Source: an uncultured delta proteobacterium (lineage in GTDB: Bacteria > Desulfobacterota > Desulfomonilia > UBA1062). From it: 64,000 nt of DNA. The position numbers and the translations under genes are program-made. Below are positions 1 to 9,999 of the stretch, one piece after another (positions within the stretch are counted from its first letter, which is position 1; each line of letters begins with the position of its first letter). Under the pieces are notes generated by a model that had not been told where the DNA came from, did not search any database, and worked only from the letters and a program-made list of their open reading frames with translations. The stretch spans positions 96,001-160,000 of the forward strand of contig CAWCTR010000007.1 of NCBI GenBank assembly GCA_963798485.1, written 5' to 3'.

Positions 1-48
1 CGAATCATCCGCAGGCTCTGGCCGCAGTTCAGGTCGATCTACAGTTAA
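1..48 (+). CDS. 3' end of an upstream gene, truncated by the window edge
   Basis: Open frame RIIRRLWPQFRSIYS ending TAA at 48, just before the RBS (GGGAGG) of the next gene. Confidence 0.4.
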   Translation, partial: RIIRRLWPQFRSIYS

Positions 49-64
49 GGATCGGGAGGCATGT

Positions 65-718
65 ATGGCTATTACAGAAATGGATGACATGTTACAAAGC
101 GGTTTGGACAGGGCGGTCGAGATGATGGCCCTGGCGGCCCAGACGAGCTTCAGGTTCGGCAAGCGCAATACCATGAAGCTCATTAAAATAACCAATGAGG
201 AGATCGAGCAGCTGGCGGAATACTGCTACGCCCTGGGCGACATGGCACCTCTGGCGGCACGCGACGGAAGGTTTGCAGCAGACTTAGTCAAGGAGCCTTC
301 GGCCGTGCTACTTATCGGCGACAAGCGCCAGTCGCTGTTCAATTATAACTGCGGCGCATGCGGCTACCGCACCTGCGCAGAGCTGAACAAGGCAGAGATG
401 GTGGAGTCCCTCACCAGTAACGGCCCGAGCTGCATCTTCCGCAACATCAACATCCACATGGCCGCGGACGCGGCTGCAGCCATGGCATGGAGGCTGGGCC
501 TTCACTGCCGTGTATTCTCCACCCTGGCCTTTGCGGCCAAGGCCCTGGAGATTCTGCCGGATGTGGACATCATCGTAAGCATAGCCGTGAGCGCAGCTAA
601 GGTCGACCCATTCTTCGACCGCCACAAGTTTTGGACCCAGGAGGTCTGGGACCAGACCTTCAGCAAGGAATTCCCGACCTTCACGAGGGGCTTCATCGGC
701 GCCGTGGAAGACGATTGA
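65..718 (+). CDS. DUF2148-like ferredoxin-domain protein
   Basis: NCGACGYRTC...GPSC cysteine cluster and C-terminal K-x-PFFDR motif typical of the family; RBS GGGAGG. Confidence 0.75.
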   Translation: MAITEMDDMLQSGLDRAVEMMALAAQTSFRFGKRNTMKLIKITNEEIEQLAEYCYALGDMAPLAARDGRFAADLVKEPSAVLLIGDKRQSLFNYNCGACGYRTCAELNKAEMVESLTSNGPSCIFRNINIHMAADAAAAMAWRLGLHCRVFSTLAFAAKALEILPDVDIIVSIAVSAAKVDPFFDRHKFWTQEVWDQTFSKEFPTFTRGFIGAVEDD

Positions 719-738
719 CCGCCATCAGGAGGGACATC

Positions 739-2349
739 ATGTCAAAAACACACTTAAACCAGGCAATCGCATCCCACTTCGTCGAGATGAAGGCCGATGA
801 ATCACCGGAAAAGGTGATCTACATCTTTGAACGCGGCGAGAATGGTGAAGAGATCATCACCTACAAAGACCTCTACGAGAAGTCCAACAAGTTTGCCCGG
901 CTCCTTCTGGATAACGGCATCGGGGCGGGTGACTCTTATGGCGTGTTCATGCGCAACGACCCGGAATTCGTCTACGCCCTGCTCGGCGGGAACACCATCG
1001 GCGCCGTCATGATCCCCATCGACCCGAGGTCGAGAGGCGACAGGCTCAAGTTCTTCTTCAAAAACTCCGGCGCCAAGGGGGCCGTTGTATCGGATGAGTG
1101 CCTTGAACAGTTCGAGGAGGTTGCAGGCGACCTGACCGATCTCAAGCTCACAACCGTCACCTACCGCAAGGAGCACGGTGTCCCGGTCTCCGGCAAGTAC
1201 CATGCCCTGAACGAGACACTGGATAACGCATCGTGGAAGACGGTGGACCAGAAGATCTTCGATACCAATCATCCCATGCAGATCATCTACACCTCAGGCA
1301 CAACGGGTGACCCCAAGGGAGTGAAGATCCGCAATAACCGCACAGGCATGTTTACCATCGTTACCAAGATCGTATGGAAGTATAAACCATCAGATATACT
1401 CTACAACGGTCTTTCACTCACCCATGGCAATGCCCAGGCTGTTACATTGTTCCCTGCCATGTACATGGGCATAAAGGCGGTCTTCAGCTCGCGGTTCACC
1501 AAGAGCAGGATCTGGGACATCTGCCGGAAATACGGCTGCACGACGTTCTCACTGCTGGGCGGCATGATGGGCGCCATCTACAACGAACCGGAAAAACGTA
1601 GTGACGCCGACAACCCTGTGCAGGTAGTCATCAGCGCGGGCACGCCCACACCCATCTGGGAGGCATTCGAAAAGAGGTTCAATGTCAAGATACTCGAATG
1701 GTACGGCTCGGTGGAAGGCGGTTTCGCGTACAAGCCCATAGGCTCCGGTCCCATCGGTTCCTTCGGCAAACCGGTGCCGGGCGTCATGGAGTTCAAGGTG
1801 GTGGATGACAACGACAATGAGCTTCCCATAGGCGAGCGAGGCGAGCTCATCTGCAGGATGATCCGCGGCGACACCAAGGTGGATTACCTCGGGCTTCCCG
1901 ATGCCTCGAAAGACAAGACCAAGGGAGGGTGGCTCAGGACCGGCGACATCGTGCACCGGGACAAGGATGGATGGTACTACTTTGACTTCCGCAAGGGCAC
2001 CGAGCTGAGACGTTCCGGCGACTTCATCCAGCCCGAGCATGTGGAGAAGGTCATCGGCGAGCATGAAGATGTCAGCGAGGTGTGCGTGTATGGCATACCG
2101 GCCGCATCAGGGGCACCCGGTGAGAGCGACCTGGTGGCGGCCATTGCACCCTTTACGGGTAAGACCATCGACCCGAAGGCCATATATGAGAAGTGCAAGA
2201 AGGACCTCGAACCCAACTTCATACCAAGCTTCCTGCAGATCGTATCCGACATCCCCAAGACCATCTCGGAGAAGGCCCTGGACAGGAAGCTACGGGACGA
2301 ACTCCTCGCAGGAGGAGGCATTGTTTTCAAGTACGAGGATTATAAATAA
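739..2349 (+). CDS. AMP-dependent acyl-CoA synthetase (CaiC-like CoA ligase)
   Basis: YTSGTTGDPKG, YGSVEG and RTGD motifs; start moved to ATG 739 after AGGAGG. Confidence 0.9.
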   Translation: MSKTHLNQAIASHFVEMKADESPEKVIYIFERGENGEEIITYKDLYEKSNKFARLLLDNGIGAGDSYGVFMRNDPEFVYALLGGNTIGAVMIPIDPRSRGDRLKFFFKNSGAKGAVVSDECLEQFEEVAGDLTDLKLTTVTYRKEHGVPVSGKYHALNETLDNASWKTVDQKIFDTNHPMQIIYTSGTTGDPKGVKIRNNRTGMFTIVTKIVWKYKPSDILYNGLSLTHGNAQAVTLFPAMYMGIKAVFSSRFTKSRIWDICRKYGCTTFSLLGGMMGAIYNEPEKRSDADNPVQVVISAGTPTPIWEAFEKRFNVKILEWYGSVEGGFAYKPIGSGPIGSFGKPVPGVMEFKVVDDNDNELPIGERGELICRMIRGDTKVDYLGLPDASKDKTKGGWLRTGDIVHRDKDGWYYFDFRKGTELRRSGDFIQPEHVEKVIGEHEDVSEVCVYGIPAASGAPGESDLVAAIAPFTGKTIDPKAIYEKCKKDLEPNFIPSFLQIVSDIPKTISEKALDRKLRDELLAGGGIVFKYEDYK

Positions 2350-2363
2350 ATAAGGAGGTTTCC

Positions 2364-3596
2364 ATGCCCTATACCGAGTTGAATCTTGAAATGTCAGACG
2401 AGCACATCGCCCTGAAAGAAAATGCACACAAGTTCGCTGTGGAAGTCTTAAGGCCTGCGGCAATCGAGCTCGACACCATGACACCCGAGCAGGTCATTGC
2501 CAAGGGCTCCATCTACTGGGACTGTATGAAAAAGATGTATGAGAACGGCTATCACACCGTGCTCATCCCGGATGAGTACGGTGGATTGGGGGTCGATCCG
2601 CTGGGCATCCACATCGTGTTCGAGGAGATAGCCTACGGCAGCGCGGGATTCGCCGTGTCCATCGGTGTTGCCTGCTTTTCTGCCTTCTATGCATCTCTCA
2701 TTGCAGAGGACCACATCATCGATAAATTCATCCTGCCGTACGTGAACTGCAAAGATGCGAGCATCATGTCGTGCTGGGCCATCACCGAGCCGGACCACGG
2801 CTCGGACATCCTCATGCCCTTCACGGACAACTTCCACAACCCCAAGATCACCCAGCAGGTCAAGGCCACCAAAAAGGGGAACAAGTACCTTCTCAACGGC
2901 CAGAAGGCGGCCTGGGTGTCTAACGGGACAATAGCGACACAGGCGGCCCTGTTCGTCAACATCGACCCCTCCCAGGGCATGTCGGGCGGAGGCATCTGCC
3001 TTGTCGACCTCACTCAGCCGGGTGTCTCCCGGGGCAAGCCGCTCAACAAGATGGGCCAGCGGGAGCTGCCCCAGGGTGAGATCTTTTTCGACAATGCCGA
3101 AGTCCCCCTTGAAGACATGATCATCGACAATGAGAGCTATGAGATGTTCACGGACATCACGCTTGCCACGGCGAATGCCGGCATGGGCGCTTTTTTCACA
3201 GGGGTTGCCCAGTCGGCCTATGACATGGCCCTGGACTATTCCAAAGAGCGCATCCAGGGAGGCAAGAGGCTCTGCGACCACCCGACCGTGCAGAAGAAGC
3301 TCTTCGACATGTTCAGTAAGGTGGAGCTGTCCAGGGCATATTCAAGGGCGGCACTGATCTTCAACCTCTCCACGACACCGCCCAAGACCGAGTATTCCAT
3401 CGCCGCAAAGGTGTTTGCAACCCGATCCGCATTCGAGGTGGCCAGCGATGCCATGCAGATCTTCGGCGGAAACGGGCTTTCCAAGGAGTACCCCATCGAA
3501 AAGATCTTCAGGGACGCGAGGGCCGGCATGATCGAGGACGGTTCCAACGACATCCTTGCCCTGGCCGCAGCAGGCCTGATCCTGCGCGAAGAATAA
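2364..3596 (+). CDS. Acyl-CoA dehydrogenase
   Basis: WAITEPDHGSD, LNGQKAAWVSNG and QIFGGNG...FRDAR...IEDG motifs. Confidence 0.93.
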   Translation: MPYTELNLEMSDEHIALKENAHKFAVEVLRPAAIELDTMTPEQVIAKGSIYWDCMKKMYENGYHTVLIPDEYGGLGVDPLGIHIVFEEIAYGSAGFAVSIGVACFSAFYASLIAEDHIIDKFILPYVNCKDASIMSCWAITEPDHGSDILMPFTDNFHNPKITQQVKATKKGNKYLLNGQKAAWVSNGTIATQAALFVNIDPSQGMSGGGICLVDLTQPGVSRGKPLNKMGQRELPQGEIFFDNAEVPLEDMIIDNESYEMFTDITLATANAGMGAFFTGVAQSAYDMALDYSKERIQGGKRLCDHPTVQKKLFDMFSKVELSRAYSRAALIFNLSTTPPKTEYSIAAKVFATRSAFEVASDAMQIFGGNGLSKEYPIEKIFRDARAGMIEDGSNDILALAAAGLILREE

Positions 3597-3615
3597 CATC
3601 ATGGGAGACAAGAAT

Positions 3616-3656
3616 CCCCTCTCTCCCAGGGTGGGGGAGAGGGTCAGGGTGAGGGG
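3616..3656 (+). repeat. REP-like palindromic element (CCCTCTC..GGAGAGGG..GGGTGAGGGG)
   Basis: Intergenic hairpin followed by a G-rich tail; a related copy lies in the opposite orientation at 31150-31187. Confidence 0.65.
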
Positions 3657-3701
3657 TCCAATTTAAGGATCACAGCCATCTTGAATAAGGGAGAACATCA
3701 T

Positions 3702-4940
3702 ATGAGCGATGTATTCATAATCGGCACCGGAATGATCAGGTTCAACAAATACCCGGATGCCACTGTGCGCACCATGGCCCACGATGCCGTCAACCTGGTG
3801 CTCAAGGATGCCGGGCTCGAAAAGGGAGACATCCAGGCCGCCTATGTTTCCAACACCTTCTGGGGCATGTTCGGGGGCCAGCACTCCATCCGCGGCGAGG
3901 TCATGCTCTGGGACATGGGCATTGACCGCATACCCATCGTGAACTGCGAGAACGCCTGCGCCGGGGCATCAACAGCCTTATACCTAGGCTATACGGCAAT
4001 AAAGGCGGGCATGTTCGACGTGGTGCTCGCACTCGGCTCCGAGAAGATCACCAACGAGAACAAGGCCCTGTCGCTTAGCGCATACGCCACCTGCATGGAC
4101 GTGGAGAACTTTGCGGCGCACCTCAAGATGTTCGAAGAGCTGAGCAAGCGGTTCACGGTGAAGATGCCGGACGGACAGTCGCCCCCCGGCGAAGGCAGGA
4201 GCGTGTTCATGGATGCCTATGCCATGGGCGCCCGCTGGCACATGTCTACATTCGGCTCCACCCAGAGGCAGCTCGCAGTGATCTGCTCCAAGAACCACCT
4301 GCACGGGTCATTGAACCCGTTGGCCCAGTACCAGGGCACTATGAGCGTGGAAGAGGTCATGGCAGACAAACCGGTAGCATACCCCCTGACACGGGCCATG
4401 TGCGCACCCGTGGGTGACGGGGCAGCTGCCGCAATCCTTTGCTCGGAGAAATACCTCAAGAGGCTCAAGAACAAAAGACCCGTGCGTATTAAGGCCTCGG
4501 TCCTGGGCTCGGGCATGCACAGAGACATCGAGGGAACCGACATCGGCGAACGGCTTTCCAGGCAGGCATATGAGATGGCCGGTCTTGGCCCCAAGGACAT
4601 CCACTTAGCCGAGCTCCACGATGCCACCTCATACGGCGAGCTCCACCAGACCGAGGCCATGGGTTTCTGCAAGCTCGGCGAAGGCGGTATCTTTGCCGAG
4701 TCCGGCGCTACGACGCTGGGCGGCAGGCTGCCCATAAACACGAGCGGGGGACTGGAGTGCAGGGGCCACCCCATCGGCGCATCGGGTCTTGCCCAGATCC
4801 ATGAAGTCGTCACGCAGTTAAGGGGCGAGGCGGGCAAGCGACAGGCGGAAGGGGCCAAGATCGGGCTCACCGAGAACGGCGGCGGTAATCTCGGCGTGGA
4901 AGAAGCCTCCATGACCATACATATATTCGAGAAGGTTTGA
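3702..4940 (+). CDS. Thiolase family protein (SCP2/lipid-transfer type)
   Basis: ENACAGAS, ELHDA and INTSGG...GHPIGASG motifs; start ATG 3702 after AAGGGAG. Confidence 0.9.
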   Translation: MSDVFIIGTGMIRFNKYPDATVRTMAHDAVNLVLKDAGLEKGDIQAAYVSNTFWGMFGGQHSIRGEVMLWDMGIDRIPIVNCENACAGASTALYLGYTAIKAGMFDVVLALGSEKITNENKALSLSAYATCMDVENFAAHLKMFEELSKRFTVKMPDGQSPPGEGRSVFMDAYAMGARWHMSTFGSTQRQLAVICSKNHLHGSLNPLAQYQGTMSVEEVMADKPVAYPLTRAMCAPVGDGAAAAILCSEKYLKRLKNKRPVRIKASVLGSGMHRDIEGTDIGERLSRQAYEMAGLGPKDIHLAELHDATSYGELHQTEAMGFCKLGEGGIFAESGATTLGGRLPINTSGGLECRGHPIGASGLAQIHEVVTQLRGEAGKRQAEGAKIGLTENGGGNLGVEEASMTIHIFEKV

Positions 4941-4953
4941 TATCATCATCCTT

Positions 4954-4990
4954 AAGGGGCCCTGTCAGCATGGGGAGGGCCCCCTTTCTT
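4954..4990 (+). terminator. Hairpin with short U-tract between thiolase and epimerase
   Basis: AAGGGGCCCT...AGGGCCCCCTTTCTT. Confidence 0.4.
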
Positions 4991-5007
4991 GAAAGGAGGA
5001 TCATCCG

Positions 5008-5994
5008 GTGAAACGTGTCTTCATCACCGGGGTTTCGGGCTATTTCGGCTCGAAACTCGTGGAACATTTGGGCTGCAAGGAAGATATCGGCGAGATCATC
5101 GGTATCGACATTGCCCTGCCCAAAAGCCCCTCTGGCAAGCTCACTTTCATCCGGCACGACGTACGCTCGGACATGTATCCCCTGCTCAAGGGCAGGGATC
5201 TCGACTGGGCCATCCATGCCGCCTATATCCTGCCGCCCATCCACGACAAGGGACTCATGGAGGACATAAATATAAACGGCACGAAGAACTTCCTGTCGTC
5301 GTGCCTCAAGGCGGGCATACCCCAGCTCCTCCATTGCTCTTCCACCACGGCCTACGGGTTCTATCCGGACAATGACATACCGCTCACGGAAGAGAGCCCT
5401 TTGCGGGGGAATGCGGATTTCACCTATGCCAAGAACAAGCGGGAGCTTGAAGCGGTCTGCTTGCGGTTCCGGCAGGATCACCCTGAAGTAAGCCTCATTG
5501 TGATCAGGCCGTCTTTTGTTGCAGGGCCCGGGTTTGACAATCCTCTTGCCCGGCACCTGCAGAAAAAGATCGTGCTGATGCCAAGCAAAACCGCACCATT
5601 CCAGTATATTCATGAGAACGACCTGGTAGAAATCATGTATCTGCTGATGAAAAAAAAGAAGTCCGGGGCATACAACCTTGCTGCAGACGGCACCATGAGC
5701 TTTGAAGAGATGATTCGAATCATGGGCAACCGGATGCTCAAGCTGCCATACCCCCTCATATACATAATGAACAACCTCATGTGGATGTTGCATGTAAAAT
5801 TCATAACAGAATTCCCGAGCCCGGCACTCAACATGACGGTTTATCCATGGATAGCAAGCAACGGCAAGCTCAAGCGCGAGATCGGCTATGCCTTCAAGTA
5901 CACCACGCGAGAGGCCTTTGATGACTTTGCCAGGCATGTGAGGGAGAACAAGGCCTCAATGATCTCGCGCATCTTCTCTGTCTTTGCAAAGTGA
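5008..5994 (+). CDS. NAD-dependent epimerase/dehydratase (extended SDR)
   Basis: TGVSGYFG Rossmann motif and YAKNK catalytic motif. Confidence 0.85.
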   Translation: MKRVFITGVSGYFGSKLVEHLGCKEDIGEIIGIDIALPKSPSGKLTFIRHDVRSDMYPLLKGRDLDWAIHAAYILPPIHDKGLMEDININGTKNFLSSCLKAGIPQLLHCSSTTAYGFYPDNDIPLTEESPLRGNADFTYAKNKRELEAVCLRFRQDHPEVSLIVIRPSFVAGPGFDNPLARHLQKKIVLMPSKTAPFQYIHENDLVEIMYLLMKKKKSGAYNLAADGTMSFEEMIRIMGNRMLKLPYPLIYIMNNLMWMLHVKFITEFPSPALNMTVYPWIASNGKLKREIGYAFKYTTREAFDDFARHVRENKASMISRIFSVFAK

Positions 5995-6009
5995 ATAAGG
6001 AGGATTGCT

Positions 6010-6828
6010 ATGAGGCTTGATACGACCGGGAAAAAGGTTCTCATCACCGGGGCATCCATGGGTATCGGTCAAGGACTGTCCGTGTGTTTTGCACGTGACA
6101 AGGCGCACCTCTTTCTCACGGACCTGCCCTCGCAGAAGGAAGCGCTTGAAAAGTGGGCATCCAAACTGGAGTCGGACTATGGCATCAGGACCTGGACTTT
6201 CACAATGGACCTCACCGATCCCAAAGGGCCTGAGGCGCTCTATCACGAGGCCACAGCCAGGACAGAGGGAATTGATGTGCTGGTGAACAATGCAGGCATA
6301 TGCTCCTATGGGAAGTTTGACGAAATGGCAGTTGAACGCATAGAAAAAATGGTGCTGCTCAATTGCCTGGGTTACGCCAAGCTCATGCGGCTCTTTCTCC
6401 CCTCCATGATCGAGCGTGACAGCGGTGCCATTTTGAATGTGTCATCGGTTTCCGCCTTTCAGCCCCTGCCGTCGCTTGCCCTCTATGCAGCGACAAAGGC
6501 CTTCACCCAGTCGCTCACTGAAGGTGTTTCCGGGGACCTGCCCTGGAGATCCAAGGTCAAGGCGGCAACACTGAATCCTCCCTTTACCCGGACTGCCTTG
6601 ATAAATGATGCAGGTGTTCCGGAGGACTTCATCCCGTTCACTATATCCTTCAAGACCGTTGATGAAGTTGTGGAGATGGGCTATCATGCTTTCAAGAGCG
6701 GAAAGCTGTTCTATGTGCCCGGCTGGCAGAACAAGGTGCTTCATCTGGGTATTATGAAGCTGCTGCCCCGTAGGGCCGTGAATCTCATCGGCAGGCTTAC
6801 CATGAAGAGGTGGTCGGATTATCTGTAA
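6010..6828 (+). CDS. Short-chain dehydrogenase/reductase
   Basis: TGASMGIG, NNAG and YAATK motifs. Confidence 0.9.
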   Translation: MRLDTTGKKVLITGASMGIGQGLSVCFARDKAHLFLTDLPSQKEALEKWASKLESDYGIRTWTFTMDLTDPKGPEALYHEATARTEGIDVLVNNAGICSYGKFDEMAVERIEKMVLLNCLGYAKLMRLFLPSMIERDSGAILNVSSVSAFQPLPSLALYAATKAFTQSLTEGVSGDLPWRSKVKAATLNPPFTRTALINDAGVPEDFIPFTISFKTVDEVVEMGYHAFKSGKLFYVPGWQNKVLHLGIMKLLPRRAVNLIGRLTMKRWSDYL

Positions 6829-7028
6829 TATCTGCTGCGGTAATAAGTCAGTTGAGAAAGACTAGGGAAAGCGGTCCGGGTGCAAGCAGGCCGGGCTTAA
6901 TTCAGGCTCATTTTATCCTTTCATTTTCTACAGGATTTCGGTAAATACACTGCTTTCTTATAATAGCCGCATTTCGGCCGGGGCGGCGGCATAAGTTCGG
7001 GCAGAAAGACCCGTGAAAGGACGCACTG

Positions 7029-7913
7029 ATGGAACAGGCCATTCAAAGGGCAAAGGTCCTGGTGGAGGCCCTGCCCTACATCAGGGATTTCAGGGGCAAG
7101 AGGATCGTGGTCAAGTACGGCGGCCACGCCATGGTGGACCCTGAGCTGAAGAAGCTCTTTGCCCAGCAGATCATCCTGTTCCAATATATCGGTATCCAGG
7201 TAGTGGTGGTCCACGGAGGAGGCCCCCAGATCAGCTCGATGCTTTCGCAGATGGGCATCAAGTCCACCTTCATCGAGGGAAAACGCGTGACCGATGCCAA
7301 GACCATGGACGTGGTGGAGATGGTCCTGGCAGGCGGCATCAACAAGGAGATCGTGCACCTCATCAATTCGCAAGGCGGCAAGTCGGTGGGGCTTTCCGGC
7401 AAGGACGGCGGCCTTATCAAGGCCAGGAAACTCTATTCCTCCCGGAAGAAGCCCGACGGCACCGTGGTAAACGATCTGGATATGGGCCATGTGGGCGAGG
7501 TGGAAGAGATCAACACCGAGATCATCGATGCCGTGGAAAAGGCCGGGTTCGTGGCCGTCATCGCCCCTTCAGGAGTGGGCGACGACGGGCTCACCTACAA
7601 CATCAACGCCGACACCGTGGCGGCAGGAATTGCAAGCCAACTGGGCGTGGAAAAGCTTATCATCTTAACCGACGAGGCGGGCGTGCTCGACAAAAAGGGC
7701 AAGCTTGTCTCCAACCTTAAATATGCAGAGATCCCGGGGCTCATGAAAAAGGGCGTGGTCACCGGAGGCATGATCCCCAAACTGGAGTGCTGCATGAAGG
7801 CCCTGGATAACGGGGTTATGAAGGCCCATATCGTGGACGGCCGTGTCCCCTATTCCATCCTGCTGGAGCTCTTTACCGACTCCGGCATAGGCACCCAGAT
7901 CGTTAAGGAGTAA
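7029..7913 (+). CDS. argB: Acetylglutamate kinase
   Basis: VVKYGGHAM, VHGGGPQI, YNINAD, GGMIPK. Confidence 0.97.
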   Translation: MEQAIQRAKVLVEALPYIRDFRGKRIVVKYGGHAMVDPELKKLFAQQIILFQYIGIQVVVVHGGGPQISSMLSQMGIKSTFIEGKRVTDAKTMDVVEMVLAGGINKEIVHLINSQGGKSVGLSGKDGGLIKARKLYSSRKKPDGTVVNDLDMGHVGEVEEINTEIIDAVEKAGFVAVIAPSGVGDDGLTYNINADTVAAGIASQLGVEKLIILTDEAGVLDKKGKLVSNLKYAEIPGLMKKGVVTGGMIPKLECCMKALDNGVMKAHIVDGRVPYSILLELFTDSGIGTQIVKE

Positions 7914-7919
7914 TATAAA

Positions 7920-9085
7920 GTGAATCATGTGATGAAAACGTATGCAAGGCACCCCGTGAAGATCGTCAAGGGCAAGGGCTGCCGGCTCTTTGACGATGCA
8001 GGCAGGGGGTATCTGGACATGGTCGCAGGCATTGCCGTGTGCAATTTGGGCCATGCGAACCCCGAGGTGGCTGCCGCACTGAAGGAACAGGCAGACAGGC
8101 TCTTCCACTGCTCCAATCTCTATGAGATCCCCCAGCAGGAAATTGTGGCAGCTATGCTTTCCGAGCTCGCGTTTCCTGCAGAGGTCTTCTTCTGCAACTC
8201 AGGGGCCGAGGCCAACGAGGGGGCCATCAAGATCGTGCGCAGATATTGCAACACGAAGGCCGAGAGGGGCCCCCGCATCATTACCGCGAACGAATCCTTT
8301 CATGGAAGGACGTTAGCGACTTTAGCCGCCACCGGCCAAACCAAGTACCGCGCCGGATTCGACCCCATACCCGAGGGCTTTACAACCGTACCCTTCGGGG
8401 ACTTCGATGCACTCAAGGCCGCCATTACCCCGGAGGTGGGAGGGATCATGCTGGAGCCCATCCAGGGCGAGGGCGGAATAAATATCCCTGTGCCGGGATA
8501 TTTTGCACAGGTGAGGGAGCTCTGCGACAAAGAGGGAATCCTGCTCGTGCTGGACGAGGTGCAGACAGGCATGGCCAGGACAGGCAGGCTTTTTGCCCAT
8601 CAGCATGAGGGCATCGCGCCGGACATCATGACCTTGGCCAAGGCCCTGGGCAACGGTTTCCCTGTGGGCGCCGTGGTCGCCAGGCCGGATATCGCCCAGG
8701 TGCTCGTTCCCGGCACGCATGCATCCACCTTTGGCGGCAATCCCCTGGCCATGGCCGCATCTCTGGCCACGCTTTCAAGGTCATGCTCAGGGACAATACA
8801 GCCGCACAGGCCTCCCAGAAGGGTACATACCTGATGGAGAAACTTCAGGGGCTCAAGAAGGACCACCCGTCACTCAAAAATATCCGCGGCAGGGGCCTCA
8901 TGGTGGGCGCCGAGTTCGATGCCGACATTTCCTTCCTGCCCGTAGACGGGCTCGAGCACGGCATCATGCTGAATGTCATCCAGGGCCGAATTTTGAGGCT
9001 TGTGCCCCCCCTTGTCATCAGCACGGCTGAAATCGATGAGGCCCTTGAGATCATCGAGGGTATCCTGAAGGAGAAAGGACTATAA
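7920..9085 (+). pseudogene. argD: Acetylornithine aminotransferase split by a frameshift near 8772-8776 (pseudogene or sequence error)
   Basis: N-terminal part has FCNSGAEANE, DEVQTG, TLAKALG and HASTFGGNP; the C-terminal part (IRGRGLMVG, LRLVPPL) continues in the -1 frame to 9085. Confidence 0.88.
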
Positions 9086-9987
9086 TGGAGCACAGGGATT
9101 TCTTATCCATCCGCGACCTCACGGCCGACGAGATCGGTGATATCTTTGAGAACGCAGCCCGGTTCGCTCAGGCAAGCCCTTCAAGGTCGCTTGAGGGCAA
9201 ATCGGTGGTGCTGCTCTTCGAGAAGGCATCAACCCGGACCAGGGTGTCGTTTGAGGTGGGCATTGCCCGGTTGGGCGCCCATCCGGTAGTGCTCGGGGTT
9301 GAAGGCTCCCAGATATCCCGCGGCGAGCCTTTGAAGGATACGGCCCGGGTCCTTGCCGGATACTGCAACGCCATTGTCATGAGGACCTTCGGCCATGACC
9401 GCATCGAGGAGATGGCGTCTTACGCAGAGGTGCCTGTGATAAACGCGCTCACCGACCTGCTGCATCCCTGCCAGGTGCTCGCCGACTGCTTCACCCTGAC
9501 GCAGAGGTTCGGGGACCTGTCAGATAAAAAGATCGCCTGGATCGGCGATGGCAACAATATGGCCAACTCCTGGATCAATGCCTCTACCGTACTGGGTTTT
9601 GAACTGAGACTTGCATGCCCTGAGGGCTTCGAGCCTGACAGGAATATCCTGGATGCCGCATTGGCAGACAACGCGAAGGTGCTGGTCGTGCGCGACTTGA
9701 ATGAGGCGGTCAAAGGGGCTATTGCCGTGAATACGGATGTATGGGCCAGCATGGGCCAGGAGGCCGAGGCCGCCAGGCGCAAAAAGGCCTTCGAGACGTA
9801 TATGGTGGATGAGGCCCTCATGGACGCAGCCGGTCCTGATGCGGTATTCATGCACTGTCTTCCTGCCCACAGGGGCGAGGAGGTTGCCGAAGAGGTCCTG
9901 GAGGGGTGGCGCTCCATCGTATGGGAGCAGGCGCAGAACAGACAATACATCCAGGAGGCCATCCTGGAGTTTCTACTACGAGCGTAA
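9085..9987 (+). CDS. argF: Ornithine carbamoyltransferase
   Basis: STRTR, HPCQ, DVWASMG, HCLP. Confidence 0.97.
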   Translation: MEHRDFLSIRDLTADEIGDIFENAARFAQASPSRSLEGKSVVLLFEKASTRTRVSFEVGIARLGAHPVVLGVEGSQISRGEPLKDTARVLAGYCNAIVMRTFGHDRIEEMASYAEVPVINALTDLLHPCQVLADCFTLTQRFGDLSDKKIAWIGDGNNMANSWINASTVLGFELRLACPEGFEPDRNILDAALADNAKVLVVRDLNEAVKGAIAVNTDVWASMGQEAEAARRKKAFETYMVDEALMDAAGPDAVFMHCLPAHRGEEVAEEVLEGWRSIVWEQAQNRQYIQEAILEFLLRA

Positions 9988-9999
9988 AAGGAGTTCGCC

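Noticed and set aside
4867-5937. 356-aa minus-strand ORF and similar antisense ORFs over core genes
   Set aside because: They overlap well-supported genes on the opposite strand and have no domain features.
8765-8790. Programmed ribosomal frameshift in argD
   Set aside because: No X XXY YYZ slippery heptamer or obvious stimulatory structure; an indel is the simpler explanation.
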